Source of the DNA: Oopsacas minuta
Taxonomy: Eukaryota > Animalia > Porifera
Assembly: GCA_024704765.1 (NCBI GenBank)
Contig: JAKMXF010000111.1
Location: 124,001 to 188,000 of the forward strand
Reading direction: 5' to 3'
Length of the DNA: 64,000 nucleotides
The notes below the pieces were generated by a model that made no database searches, was not told the origin of the DNA, and was given only the letters and a program-made list of their open reading frames with translations. Below, in pieces: positions 37,359 through 46,553 of the stretch. The translations under genes and the position numbers were made by a program. How positions within the stretch are numbered: the first letter of the stretch is position 1; each line of letters opens with the position of its first letter.

Positions 37359-38276
37359 TCATGAAAAACTAATATACTTTTGTATAAAATCTTCTCCAAG
37401 TTTTGTCAGTAGAATTTCATCAATCTTTTCTGAATATTTTTGGGAAAGTGTGCTCTTCCAAGCCCCTACTTTACACTTAGGTAATAAACAGTAACTCTCC
37501 TTCGTTACTATCTTGTGATCATCAATATATTCACTTTCATGTACAGTTTCAAAGTTGGTTTCTTGCACAAGCAACTCATAAAACTCTTTTGACAATTGGA
37601 TACCTAGAAAGGTTGCAATCTCATAAACTTTCGTTTTGAAATTCTTGTTCAATTCTTCATAAGATAATACGAAGAAATTTGGATCATCCTTGTGTTCAAT
37701 GTAATATTTTACATGCTTACAATAGTTGAAGCAATCATTTTCAATGTATAATTTAAAAAACTCATCGAATGTGCCAATTATTGTATGCATTCTCTCATCT
37801 TGAAAATGGTTATGCATTGAAACAACAATATCCTTCGGGTTTCTGTAAATGTAAATATACTTTGTAGCAGGATTCTTGGGTAGAAATTCATATGGAAAAT
37901 GAGTGAAGAAAAATCTCGGATCAGGGTATGCTTCTACAATAGCTTTTGTCAATCTTAATTCGCCACCATCAGGTAGGTTAAGTTCACCCTTTAATGTTTC
38001 TATCACCAATTTATCAACATGAGGAATTTCAAGGTATAAAGCAAGTCCGCCAATGTAAGGTTTTGGTAATTTTTCCTGTTTCTTAAGCATGTATACGATC
38101 AGCGTAAGCCAATGTATACCTGATCTTGGAGGAGATGCGATAAATATGTCGGTATCTCTCGGTTTGAACACGGACGAAGCTTGTTCGAGCCATTCTTCAG
38201 TTAAATATGGGGGAAAAATGTAGCCTTTCCAAATATTTGGGGTATATTTTACGGGGGTTTCAAGTTTTTCAGCCAT
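37359..38276 (-). CDS. Cytosolic-type sulfotransferase, copy 5 (most divergent)
   Basis: SPPRSGIHW (Lys to Arg), FTH, YRNPKDIVVS, KCKVGAWK. Confidence 0.88.
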   Translation of the reverse strand: MAEKLETPVKYTPNIWKGYIFPPYLTEEWLEQASSVFKPRDTDIFIASPPRSGIHWLTLIVYMLKKQEKLPKPYIGGLALYLEIPHVDKLVIETLKGELNLPDGGELRLTKAIVEAYPDPRFFFTHFPYEFLPKNPATKYIYIYRNPKDIVVSMHNHFQDERMHTIIGTFDEFFKLYIENDCFNYCKHVKYYIEHKDDPNFFVLSYEELNKNFKTKVYEIATFLGIQLSKEFYELLVQETNFETVHESEYIDDHKIVTKESYCLLPKCKVGAWKSTLSQKYSEKIDEILLTKLGEDFIQKYISFS

Positions 38277-39283
38277 AATTTGAGATATATTCGTTCTTGT
38301 GCTTAGTTGGTAAGTAACTGAACTGGATTATATGAAAGGATTCTTACACAAATTATGGTTCAATAAAAATTGAAATAATTCTGGTTTGGAATTTCTAGGG
38401 AGAAATGTACAATTTAATTATAGCATTTGATAATAAGAGATAATTGTGAGTATCAAATTCAAATTCAAATTAGCTAAAATACATAGAATTGCAAGCATGC
38501 CTACTCAATTTGAAGAATAAACTATGTTATAATCTTGTTACCTGATATTTAACCCAGACCTTTGGGGCATCTAGGAAAATGTAAACCAATGTTGATTAGA
38601 GATTCATGCATTATCGTCAGCATACTCACCAACCCTTTGGCTATATTTCTTGGGTATTTATCTCAAGATCCCGGGATTTTCAAAATGTTTCTCTAGATTT
38701 CTTATTTTAAATGCAAATAAGATCAATATTTCACTGTTTTGTAAGAAAACCTGGAAATCATGTCAAATCCCGTTGAGGTTGGCAAGTATGCGTCAGTATG
38801 AATATACCATGTGACAATAATACATAACGTCTGGATAAAATTAATCTATTCAAATATAAAATTTTAATTAATGCCAACTGAATTAGGTCTAAACCCAGAA
38901 CATTTATGAATCAAATAAATGTTACGGTGGAAGCTGCTTAATAAGGAGACAGATAAGTTCAATTCAAATGCTAGCCAACATTTTCTGAAAGTTTCTCATC
39001 GATGATAGCAAAATTAACAAAACATTAAAATACAAATATTGCTGGTGCACTAAGAAACCACTATTCAAAATAGTGCATAATACATTCATGTATAAATTAT
39101 TTGGTCTATCAAAATTCAGGAAGCCAAATCTTACGGGTGAAATCATGTATTATTGAAAAGATTAGCTATTACTCATACGGGACGTGTGCACATGGCCTGT
39201 ACGTCCAGATCAAGGTATAAAGACTACTATTTACTATTAAAGTGAATGATAAGGCAAAATACATTATCGAGCATCTGAAGAAT

Positions 39284-40012
39284 ATGAAACTAATCTTAAC
39301 AATTCTACTACTGAGCATTTACAGTAGTACCCTGATGTATTCTCTAGATGATACTGAGAAATGTGAAATAATTGACTCAATTAATAAAGTGAGAAGAAAT
39401 GTTAACCCATCGGCCGCTAACATGCGTGAGGTTCACTGGAGTGATTGTTACGCTGACATTGCAAAAGATTATCTGGCTCGATGCAAGGATATTGATGCCT
39501 ATAATATTGATAGAGTGACTAAAGCAGCAGCAGCAGGCTGTGAAGCTTCTGATACTGTAGGGGAAACTATTCACAATGCTGATGAAACGACTGTCGATGC
39601 TATTGACACTTGGGCTAGTGAAAAAGATTTGTATGATTTTGAGCAAAATGTATGTTCAGATACATGCTTTAATTATGCACAGTTGGTGAACGCTGAGACA
39701 TATGCAGTTGGCTGTGCTGTGTTTAACCAGGAAAATTGTGGAAGAACTGGTCATACTACGCTCTGCAATTATGGAACGTCTGTAGTTTTTACAGATACTC
39801 CATATAGTGCTGGCGAAGCTTGTTCTGGATGCGCTGGCGAATTTCCATCTTGTAGCGAGGGATTATGCACAGTAGCAGCCGCAACTACCCCTACTGTAAC
39901 TGAAACAAATTCATACACATCAACTCCAAAACCAAGTGATACGAGGGCAAACATGGCTATGGGGATTTTACTTATCATATCACTCGTTGCTGTCCTAATC
40001 TCATCACTATAA
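39284..40012 (+). CDS. CAP/SCP-domain protein 2, degenerate cleft, Thr-rich linker, probable GPI anchor
   Basis: Signal MKLILTILLLSIYSS, INKVRRNVNPSAANMREVHWSDC, VGETI, NYAQLVNAETYAVGCA, TLCNYG, tail TTPTVTETNSYTSTPK...ILLIISLVAVLISSL. Confidence 0.85.
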   Translation: MKLILTILLLSIYSSTLMYSLDDTEKCEIIDSINKVRRNVNPSAANMREVHWSDCYADIAKDYLARCKDIDAYNIDRVTKAAAAGCEASDTVGETIHNADETTVDAIDTWASEKDLYDFEQNVCSDTCFNYAQLVNAETYAVGCAVFNQENCGRTGHTTLCNYGTSVVFTDTPYSAGEACSGCAGEFPSCSEGLCTVAAATTPTVTETNSYTSTPKPSDTRANMAMGILLIISLVAVLISSL

Positions 40013-40508
40013 TATTACCTCACTATATGGCCCTACTTCATTTTCCACATGTACTCAATATATGTTACCTCAAACTGTTTGTTTCCTTTTCTGTTTATTT
40101 ATCCAGTGTCTGAAAACACTAGCTATTTGACAATATATATATATATATATATTTTGCTAATAAGAGAATAGCTGATAGGCGAACTGCACTGTTTCAAAGC
40201 AAACATAAGAGGCTTCATGTAACTGTGAATAAACCAAACCTCTACGATATAAATATGGGTTTGCATAATTGGACCCTTGGCTTCTTAACCATGTTATTTA
40301 CGAAAATTAACACTGCTTGGTAGTTGAAGAAGCCAATTGAATGAGCTTTTTAAGCGTTAGAATTATATCATCTCTACGCATGCATTTATTTAGCTGTAGT
40401 GAGTTCTAAGTAGAAACTATCCAATCGATTTCAAAGTGTATAAATAGTGACGAGAAATAGAAAAACTAATCCGACAATTCCCAATCAAAGACGGTCAAAG
40501 AAGGCAGG

Positions 40509-41515
40509 ATGAAAATATCTTTGATTTTTCTTCTACTGAACATCAGTATTCTGGTGATGTATTCAGTTTCTGGTAAAATAAGTTCAAATCATGATCACGA
40601 TCATAGTAATGGAAATGATGACCGTCATAGTCATGGCCATAAGCATGGAAATGGTGGTGGAAATAGTGAAATGGGTAGTTTTGCTGCTGCTGATGATGAA
40701 GGTCCAACTCATGGATCCCATGGTAATCATGATCATGGAAATGGCCATGGTGATGGTGATGGAAATGGTGATGGCCATGGCCATGGTCATGGTCATGGTC
40801 ATGATCATGGGGGTGAAAATGGTGATGAAAATGGGGATAGTGACATGAGTAGTTTTATCATTGGTCAAAATGAAGTCCCAACTCATGAATCCCATGCTAG
40901 TCATGATCATGGAAATGGCCATGATCATGGTGATGGACATGGTCATGATCATGATCACGGTGATGAAAATGGTGATGATGAAATGAGTAGTTTTGTTGTT
41001 GAAGATACTGATACTGATACTGATACTGATACTGATACTGATACTGATACTGATACTGATACTGATACTGATACTGATACTGATACTGATGATGAAGGTC
41101 CAACTCATATACCCCATGGTAATCATCGTCATGGAAATGGTCATGGTCATGGTCATGTCATGGTCATGGTCATGGTCATGGCCATGATAACGGTAATGAA
41201 AATGGTAATCAAACCGGTAATGTTGATAGTTTCTTTGCTGCTGAAAATGAAGATACAGCTCATGGATCCCACGATCATCCAACTCGCGCATCCCACCAAC
41301 ATCCATCTGGACATCCTCCCCAAGATCATAATCATGATGATACAAAGCACGACCACGCACATGATCATGGTAAAGGTAATAACGAAAATACTGAAGGTAA
41401 TAGCAAACTATTTGCTGCATATGCAGGCAGTAGTAGTAGTGGTGCAACAAGCAGCAGCATGATGACACTTCTACTCCTTGCATCTCTCCTTACTGTACTA
41501 TTATCTTCCTTATAA
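40509..41515 (+). CDS. Secreted His/Gly/Asp-rich HX-repeat protein (glassin-like) with (DT)14; 1-nt frameshift at about 41157 before the family GPI-type tail
   Basis: Signal MKISLIFLLLNISILVMYSVSG followed by HDHDH, HGHGHGHGHDH and DTDT repeats. Restoring one G in ggtcat-g-tcatggt gives ...HDHAHDHGKG...SSSSGATSSSMMTLLLLASLLTVLLSSL-stop at 41515, homologous to the tails of the neighbouring CAP genes. Confidence 0.8.
41004..41087 (+). repeat. Perfect coding hexanucleotide repeat (GATACT)14 encoding (Asp-Thr)14
   Basis: Read directly from the sequence. Confidence 0.95.
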
Positions 41516-42037
41516 GTCATGTTTCTCATTACCTATATACTATTTCCCCGTATACACTACTTTTCAGTAATATATTCTATATTTGACTTAATTATTCTAT
41601 AATTCCTTGTATTGTGAATTATCATTCATTAAACACTAAATAATAATTGTTTCTCTCCTAATAATTTGAACTTTAATGAGGTAAATTCATAAAATTAATA
41701 GGTGTTGATTTTGTTGCCCTAATTTTGAAAAAGAATTCAAATTTTCGCTCATCCGAGGGTGTAGAATTGATAGCTATTGGAGGCAAACTATGAAAGCTAC
41801 GGAATTAAGTAAGCAGTTTTTTCCACTATTTCTTTCACTATTATCGTAAATAAGGAGTTTCAAATTTGTGTGATTTAGAGGCCAATTTTATTGGTAATAT
41901 TGAAAAATTATATCATCTTTACAAGAAGCCCATGTATGCTACATTTAAATGTCCTAAAGAGCCAAAAAGTGGCAGCCAATTACCCCCAAAGCTAATAAAT
42001 ACTGACGAATACCTCGGTATATTTAACAATAGACAAA

Positions 42038-42855
42038 CTGAAGTTATTATTTGCTATCTTCCTAGTCATTATTTTCAGGGTTCTTGCATGCTCAGAATTG
42101 GACGCATCCACACAGCAAGAAATTATTGATATGATAAATAATGCGAGGAGAACTACTGATCCAATAGGAGCTAACATACGTGCGGTTAAATGGAGTGATT
42201 GCTACGTTAAAATTGCATTAGAACATCTACAACAATGTGGTGATGTTGATGCCCTTAACTCAGATAGACAGACCCAGGCTGCAGATACTGGATGCGAAGC
42301 ATCTGATAGTGTAGGAGAAACTATTTACAATCCCCCTATAGGCGATACTACTGGTCCCGTTGGATTCTGGGCTAGAGAGGGAGATTTTTATAACTTGCTG
42401 AAAATTCTTGCGCAGGTAAATCAAGCCGTAATTATTTGCAATTGATCAACGCTGAGACATATTTAATTGGCTGTGTTAAGTTTGATCAAATGAATTGTGG
42501 GAGAACTGGCGAAACTTTCCTTTGCAATTATGGCCTTGCAAATGGGCTGTATATTAAGGACGCGCAATGCTCTGGTTGTGACGATGAATTTCCATGCGGT
42601 AACAAGGGTTTGTGTTCTCAAACAGCTGTCACGGATCCTAGTACTGCAACTGTAACTACAAAATCTCAAAGGCATAACCATCAAAGAGGTCATAGAGTGC
42701 ACGATCATAATCATGGTGATAAAAAGCACGATCATGCTCATGACCGCGGTAGAAGAGTTAGAAATATTGGTGCTTATAAATATGGGCGCCAAAATACACA
42801 TAATTAAATTATCTCCATACTGATAGCAAGCACGGTTACTATTCTTATCCCTATA
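42038..42855 (+). pseudogene. CAP-domain/His-tail paralogue 3, probable pseudogene
   Basis: CTG at 42038 where paralogues have ATG, ahead of signal-like KLLFAIFLVIIFRVLACSE. A 1-nt deletion near 42395 splits ORFs 42098-42445 and 42436-42807. An in-frame TAA at 42805-42807 sits just before the hydrophobic tail IISILIASTVTILIPI. His tail HNHQRGHRVHDHNHGDKKHDHAHD. Confidence 0.75.
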
Positions 42856-43277
42856 AATACACGTGTTTGGCCATCGTCTATCCAATATTTTCCTCATTTA
42901 TATCCTTCAATAATTCTATATGACTTGATCTATTAGTTCTTCAATAATTTACTTAAATTTTGTATTTGCATAAATTCATAAGATTATTATCTCAATATGC
43001 AAAGTATAATGGATGAAACCAAACGTAGTGCCAGCTAATATCTAGGGCAGGGATCTCAAAAGCTAATGGCCTGTGGTCACACTTTTAGAAATTGTATAGA
43101 AAAAATTAGTGAAGAAGCCAAATAATAAAATTTGTATGAGAGATTACATCATTATTATCTGAATCATATGACTGTAAGTTCTTAGAGAGATCATACTAAC
43201 TGGTCGTTTCAAACTTAATAAATAGTGAAGAGAATATACCAATCGAAAAAATGGCCATTAAACTACGCTGATACAGA

Positions 43278-44192
43278 ATGAAGTTAGCTTTAATTATTTT
43301 TCTACTGAATATTTTCAGTATTGCTCTGGTGTGTTCAGAATTGAACGCAGATCAACAGCAAGAAATAATTGATAAGATAAATAATGTGAGAAGAAATACT
43401 GTTCCACCGGCTGCTAATATGCGTGAGGTTCAATGGAATGAGTGCTACGCACAAATTGCATTAGATTTTTTGAAAAAATGTGGTGATGTTGACGGGCATA
43501 ATCCAGATCGTTTCACTCAAGGATGTGAAGCATCTGAGAATTTAGGAGAATCTATTTACAATCGTCCATTGGACGATACTACAACTGATCCGATTGGTGT
43601 CTGGGCTAAGGAGGGAGAATCATATAATTATTATGAAAGATCTTGTTCAGGACCAACATGCATTAATTATCTACAGTTGATCAACGCGAATGCTTATTTA
43701 GTTGGCTGTGCGGTGTATAACCAAGAGAATTGTGGAAGAACTGGTGAAACTACCATCTGTAATTATGGAGAGGGATTAGGTTTTACAGGTGCTACATATA
43801 ATGAGGGTGAACCTTGTTCTGAATGCGAAGGTGAATTTTCTTATTGTAATGAGGGATTATGCGCACAAGAAGATGAACCTACGCCTACAGGATCAACATC
43901 TACAGGATCTACTAATGAAGTTACTGACTGTCCTACTAATCATCACCATCATAATCATAATCATGATCATGATCACAATCATGATCATAAAAATCATGAT
44001 CATGGTAAAGGAGGAGGTAAAGGAAAAGGTAAAGGAAAAGGTAAAGGAGAAGGTAAAGGAGAAGGTGATGATGAAGGCATTAGCGGATTTTTGGGTGTGT
44101 ATGCTGAAGATAAGAGTGATGCAACAAGTAATAGCATCATGATACTTCTACTTGTTGCAACCATCCTATCCGTACTATTGTCATCACTATAG
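43278..44192 (+). CDS. CAP-domain protein 4 with His/Asp-rich and Gly-Lys tail, probable GPI anchor
   Basis: Signal MKLALIIFLLNIFSIALVCSE, CAP core INNVRR..LGESI..NYLQLINANAYLVGCA, tail NHHHHNHNHDHDHNHDHKNHDHGKGGGKGKGKGKGKGEGKGEGDDEG...IMILLLVATILSVLLSSL. Confidence 0.88.
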   Translation: MKLALIIFLLNIFSIALVCSELNADQQQEIIDKINNVRRNTVPPAANMREVQWNECYAQIALDFLKKCGDVDGHNPDRFTQGCEASENLGESIYNRPLDDTTTDPIGVWAKEGESYNYYERSCSGPTCINYLQLINANAYLVGCAVYNQENCGRTGETTICNYGEGLGFTGATYNEGEPCSECEGEFSYCNEGLCAQEDEPTPTGSTSTGSTNEVTDCPTNHHHHNHNHDHDHNHDHKNHDHGKGGGKGKGKGKGKGEGKGEGDDEGISGFLGVYAEDKSDATSNSIMILLLVATILSVLLSSL

Positions 44193-44618
44193 TTTGTATA
44201 CTATTACTACTCGATAACGTTCTCATCTATTTCCTTCAGTGATAATCTATAACATCTATGTATAATTGATCATATATTCAATTCTAAAATTATTCTTTCC
44301 TTTCGTGTGTTTCCAATTATCAAACAGTTCGCACTACTACTATATTAGAGAATATTCGTGTATATGAAACAGCGATATGTAATTACATATTTATTGTCTA
44401 ATCACTCTACCAAGGGAATTGACATCGATTGGGCAGTTTCAATGACGTTGCAAATCATGAAACAATATTATTAGTAATACATGTACATCCTATTTCCATG
44501 TACTAAGTTACTTTTCAAAAAGAATGTGAGTTTCAAATTGATAAGTTGAACATTTTTCTCCGATAATTTCTTGCACTATACTGATAAGAAGTTTATTCAC
44601 TGAGTTTTGGGTAGGGAC

Positions 44619-44962
44619 CAGGGTGTAGTGTAGGGGGAGCGGGGGGAGCGGCGCTGCCCCACTACAAATTCAAGGGGGAGAGGCGCTACCTTGCTGTAAC
44701 TAGATTATTGTTATTTTATTATAATATAGGCAGACTAAGTTTTCCGCAGTTGCCCTTCTTTAGTACTCTAGTCAATTCCGCTTAAAGGGGTAACATATGC
44801 ACCGAAGAAGGGCAACATTATTTGGAAGTATTTTAGTTTATAATACTTGTAATGTGAATTGCATGTTTCGTTGATAGAAAATTTTCTTTGTTTTACCAAT
44901 TTTTGGGTGATATTTTCTTTTAGAAGCGCTCCCCCACTAGAAATTTGAGCACTACACCCCTG
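44619..44962. mobile_element. Non-autonomous hAT-type element with 8-bp target-site duplication
   Basis: TIRs cagggtgtagtg / cactacacccctg, flanked by direct repeat GTAGGGAC at 44611-44618 and 44963-44970. Confidence 0.85.
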
Positions 44963-45357
44963 GTAGGGACTTCTGTCAATGGATAATTCCAGGCAAATAT
45001 AGATTTAATATAGACTCATAGACGCAACTAGGGCCATTTTTGGGTGGATTCATGCGTAAAATTTTGTAGTTTCTTTCATATTTTTTCGATTTCCCTACTA
45101 TAGGTAGAAATTTCACATGATGCTCTGGCCTAACTCCATAAACTACAATTTAGATCCTGTGACTTGGCAGCCCCAAATATGGTATGAATTCATGAAACAA
45201 CTGAGTTCATGAGATTTGTATTAACTCATCCTTACATAACAGGTTAACATGAATTGTCTACAAAAAAGGAGCCAATCTCTTGATTTCAATAATATATATA
45301 TAAAGTGTGCGAATATCGTGATCATGAAACGAGGCGAAATCAAAGAAGCAATTCAAA

Positions 45358-46293
45358 ATGATGACTATCTTGGCTATTCTGCTGCTGAATATTTTCAGCA
45401 TTGCTTACATTCATTCACAAATACCCCCTCCAGTAGGTCAGCAGCAAATAATTGATCAAATAAATTCAATAAGGAGAAATGTATCGCCCCAAGGCAGTGA
45501 CATACGAGAAGTTGAATGGAGCCAATGTCTCGCACAAGTTGCATACGATTATCTGCGGGAGTGTAATCCAGCCGGATCCGTTAATGAAAATATTCAGGCT
45601 GAAGCGATTGCAGCAGGATGCGAAATGTCAAATTTGCCCGTTGGACAAACAATTTTCACTACTCTAGAATCTGGTTCGCATGACCCCATTACTGATTGGG
45701 CCGCACAAGGAGATGATTATGACTTTGATACCGATACGTGTAGTTCAATGTGCAATAATTATAAACAGTTAGTTAACGCTGCTACGTCAGTAGTGGGCTG
45801 TTCTAGTTTTAACGAAGGTAATTGTGGAAGAACCGGTGTAAGCGCCATATGCTACTACGCTAATGCTACAACTGATGGTCAGCCATATACTGAAGGCACG
45901 CCTTGCGCTTTGTGCACAGGTGAATTCCCCACATGTAATGACGGACTATGTATCGCAGAAGCCTCAACAGATACAGAACCTACGCCTACAGGATCAACAT
46001 CTACAGGATCTACTAATGAAGTTACTGACTGTCCTACTAATCATCACCATCATAATCATAATCATAATCATGATCACAATCATGATCATAAAAATCATGA
46101 TCATGGTAAAGGAGGAGGTAAAGGAAAAGGTAAAGGAAAAGGTAAAGGAGAAGGTAAAGGAGAAGGTGATGATGAAGGCATTAGCGGATTTTTGGGTGTG
46201 TATGCTGAAGATAAGAGTGATGCAACAAGTAATAGCATCATGATACTTCTACTTGTTGCAACCATCCTATCCGTACTATTGTCATCACTATAG
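45358..46293 (+). CDS. CAP-domain protein 5, highly degenerate cleft, with the same His/GK/GPI tail as protein 4
   Basis: Signal MMTILAILLLNIFSIAYIHS, INSIRRNVSPQGSDIREVEWSQC, VGQTI, NYKQLVNAATSVVGCS, duplicated tail. Confidence 0.87.
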   Translation: MMTILAILLLNIFSIAYIHSQIPPPVGQQQIIDQINSIRRNVSPQGSDIREVEWSQCLAQVAYDYLRECNPAGSVNENIQAEAIAAGCEMSNLPVGQTIFTTLESGSHDPITDWAAQGDDYDFDTDTCSSMCNNYKQLVNAATSVVGCSSFNEGNCGRTGVSAICYYANATTDGQPYTEGTPCALCTGEFPTCNDGLCIAEASTDTEPTPTGSTSTGSTNEVTDCPTNHHHHNHNHNHDHNHDHKNHDHGKGGGKGKGKGKGKGEGKGEGDDEGISGFLGVYAEDKSDATSNSIMILLLVATILSVLLSSL

Positions 46294-46553
46294 TTTGTAT
46301 ACTATTACTACTCGATAACGTTCTCATCTATTTCCTTCAGTGATAATCTATAACATCTATGTATAATTGATCATATATTCAATTCTAAAATTATTCTTTC
46401 CTTTCGTGTGTTTCCAATTATCAAACAGTTCGCACTACTACTATATTAGAGAATATTCGTGTATATGAAACAGCGATATGTAATTACATATTTATTGTCT
46501 AATCACTCTACCAAGGGAATTGACATCGATTGGGCGTTTCAATGACGTTCAAA

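Larger units (their letters stand above)
43875..46549 (+). repeat. Near-identical direct repeat of about 575 bp: 43875-44449 and 45976-46549 (offset 2101)
   Basis: Both copies run from gaacctacgcctacagg through the His/GK tail, stop codon and 3' flank to gacatcgattgggc..gtttcaatgacgtt. I saw only one or two differences by eye. Confidence 0.9.

Noticed and set aside
30333-38276. Bacterial origin or contamination suggested by intronless genes
   Set aside because: They are embedded among spliced animal-type genes, share the local base composition and MITEs, and carry eukaryotic cytosolic SULT motifs. Horizontal origin cannot be supported without a phylogeny.
41004-41087. CRISPR-like or telomeric array
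   Set aside because: It is a spacer-less hexamer repeat in frame within a eukaryotic coding sequence.
40584-41483. Antisense and alternative-frame ORFs (poly-IS, MVMVM, YQYQ) over the His-rich gene
   Set aside because: They are shadows of the low-complexity hexamer repeats. Only the frame with a signal peptide and family tail is credible.
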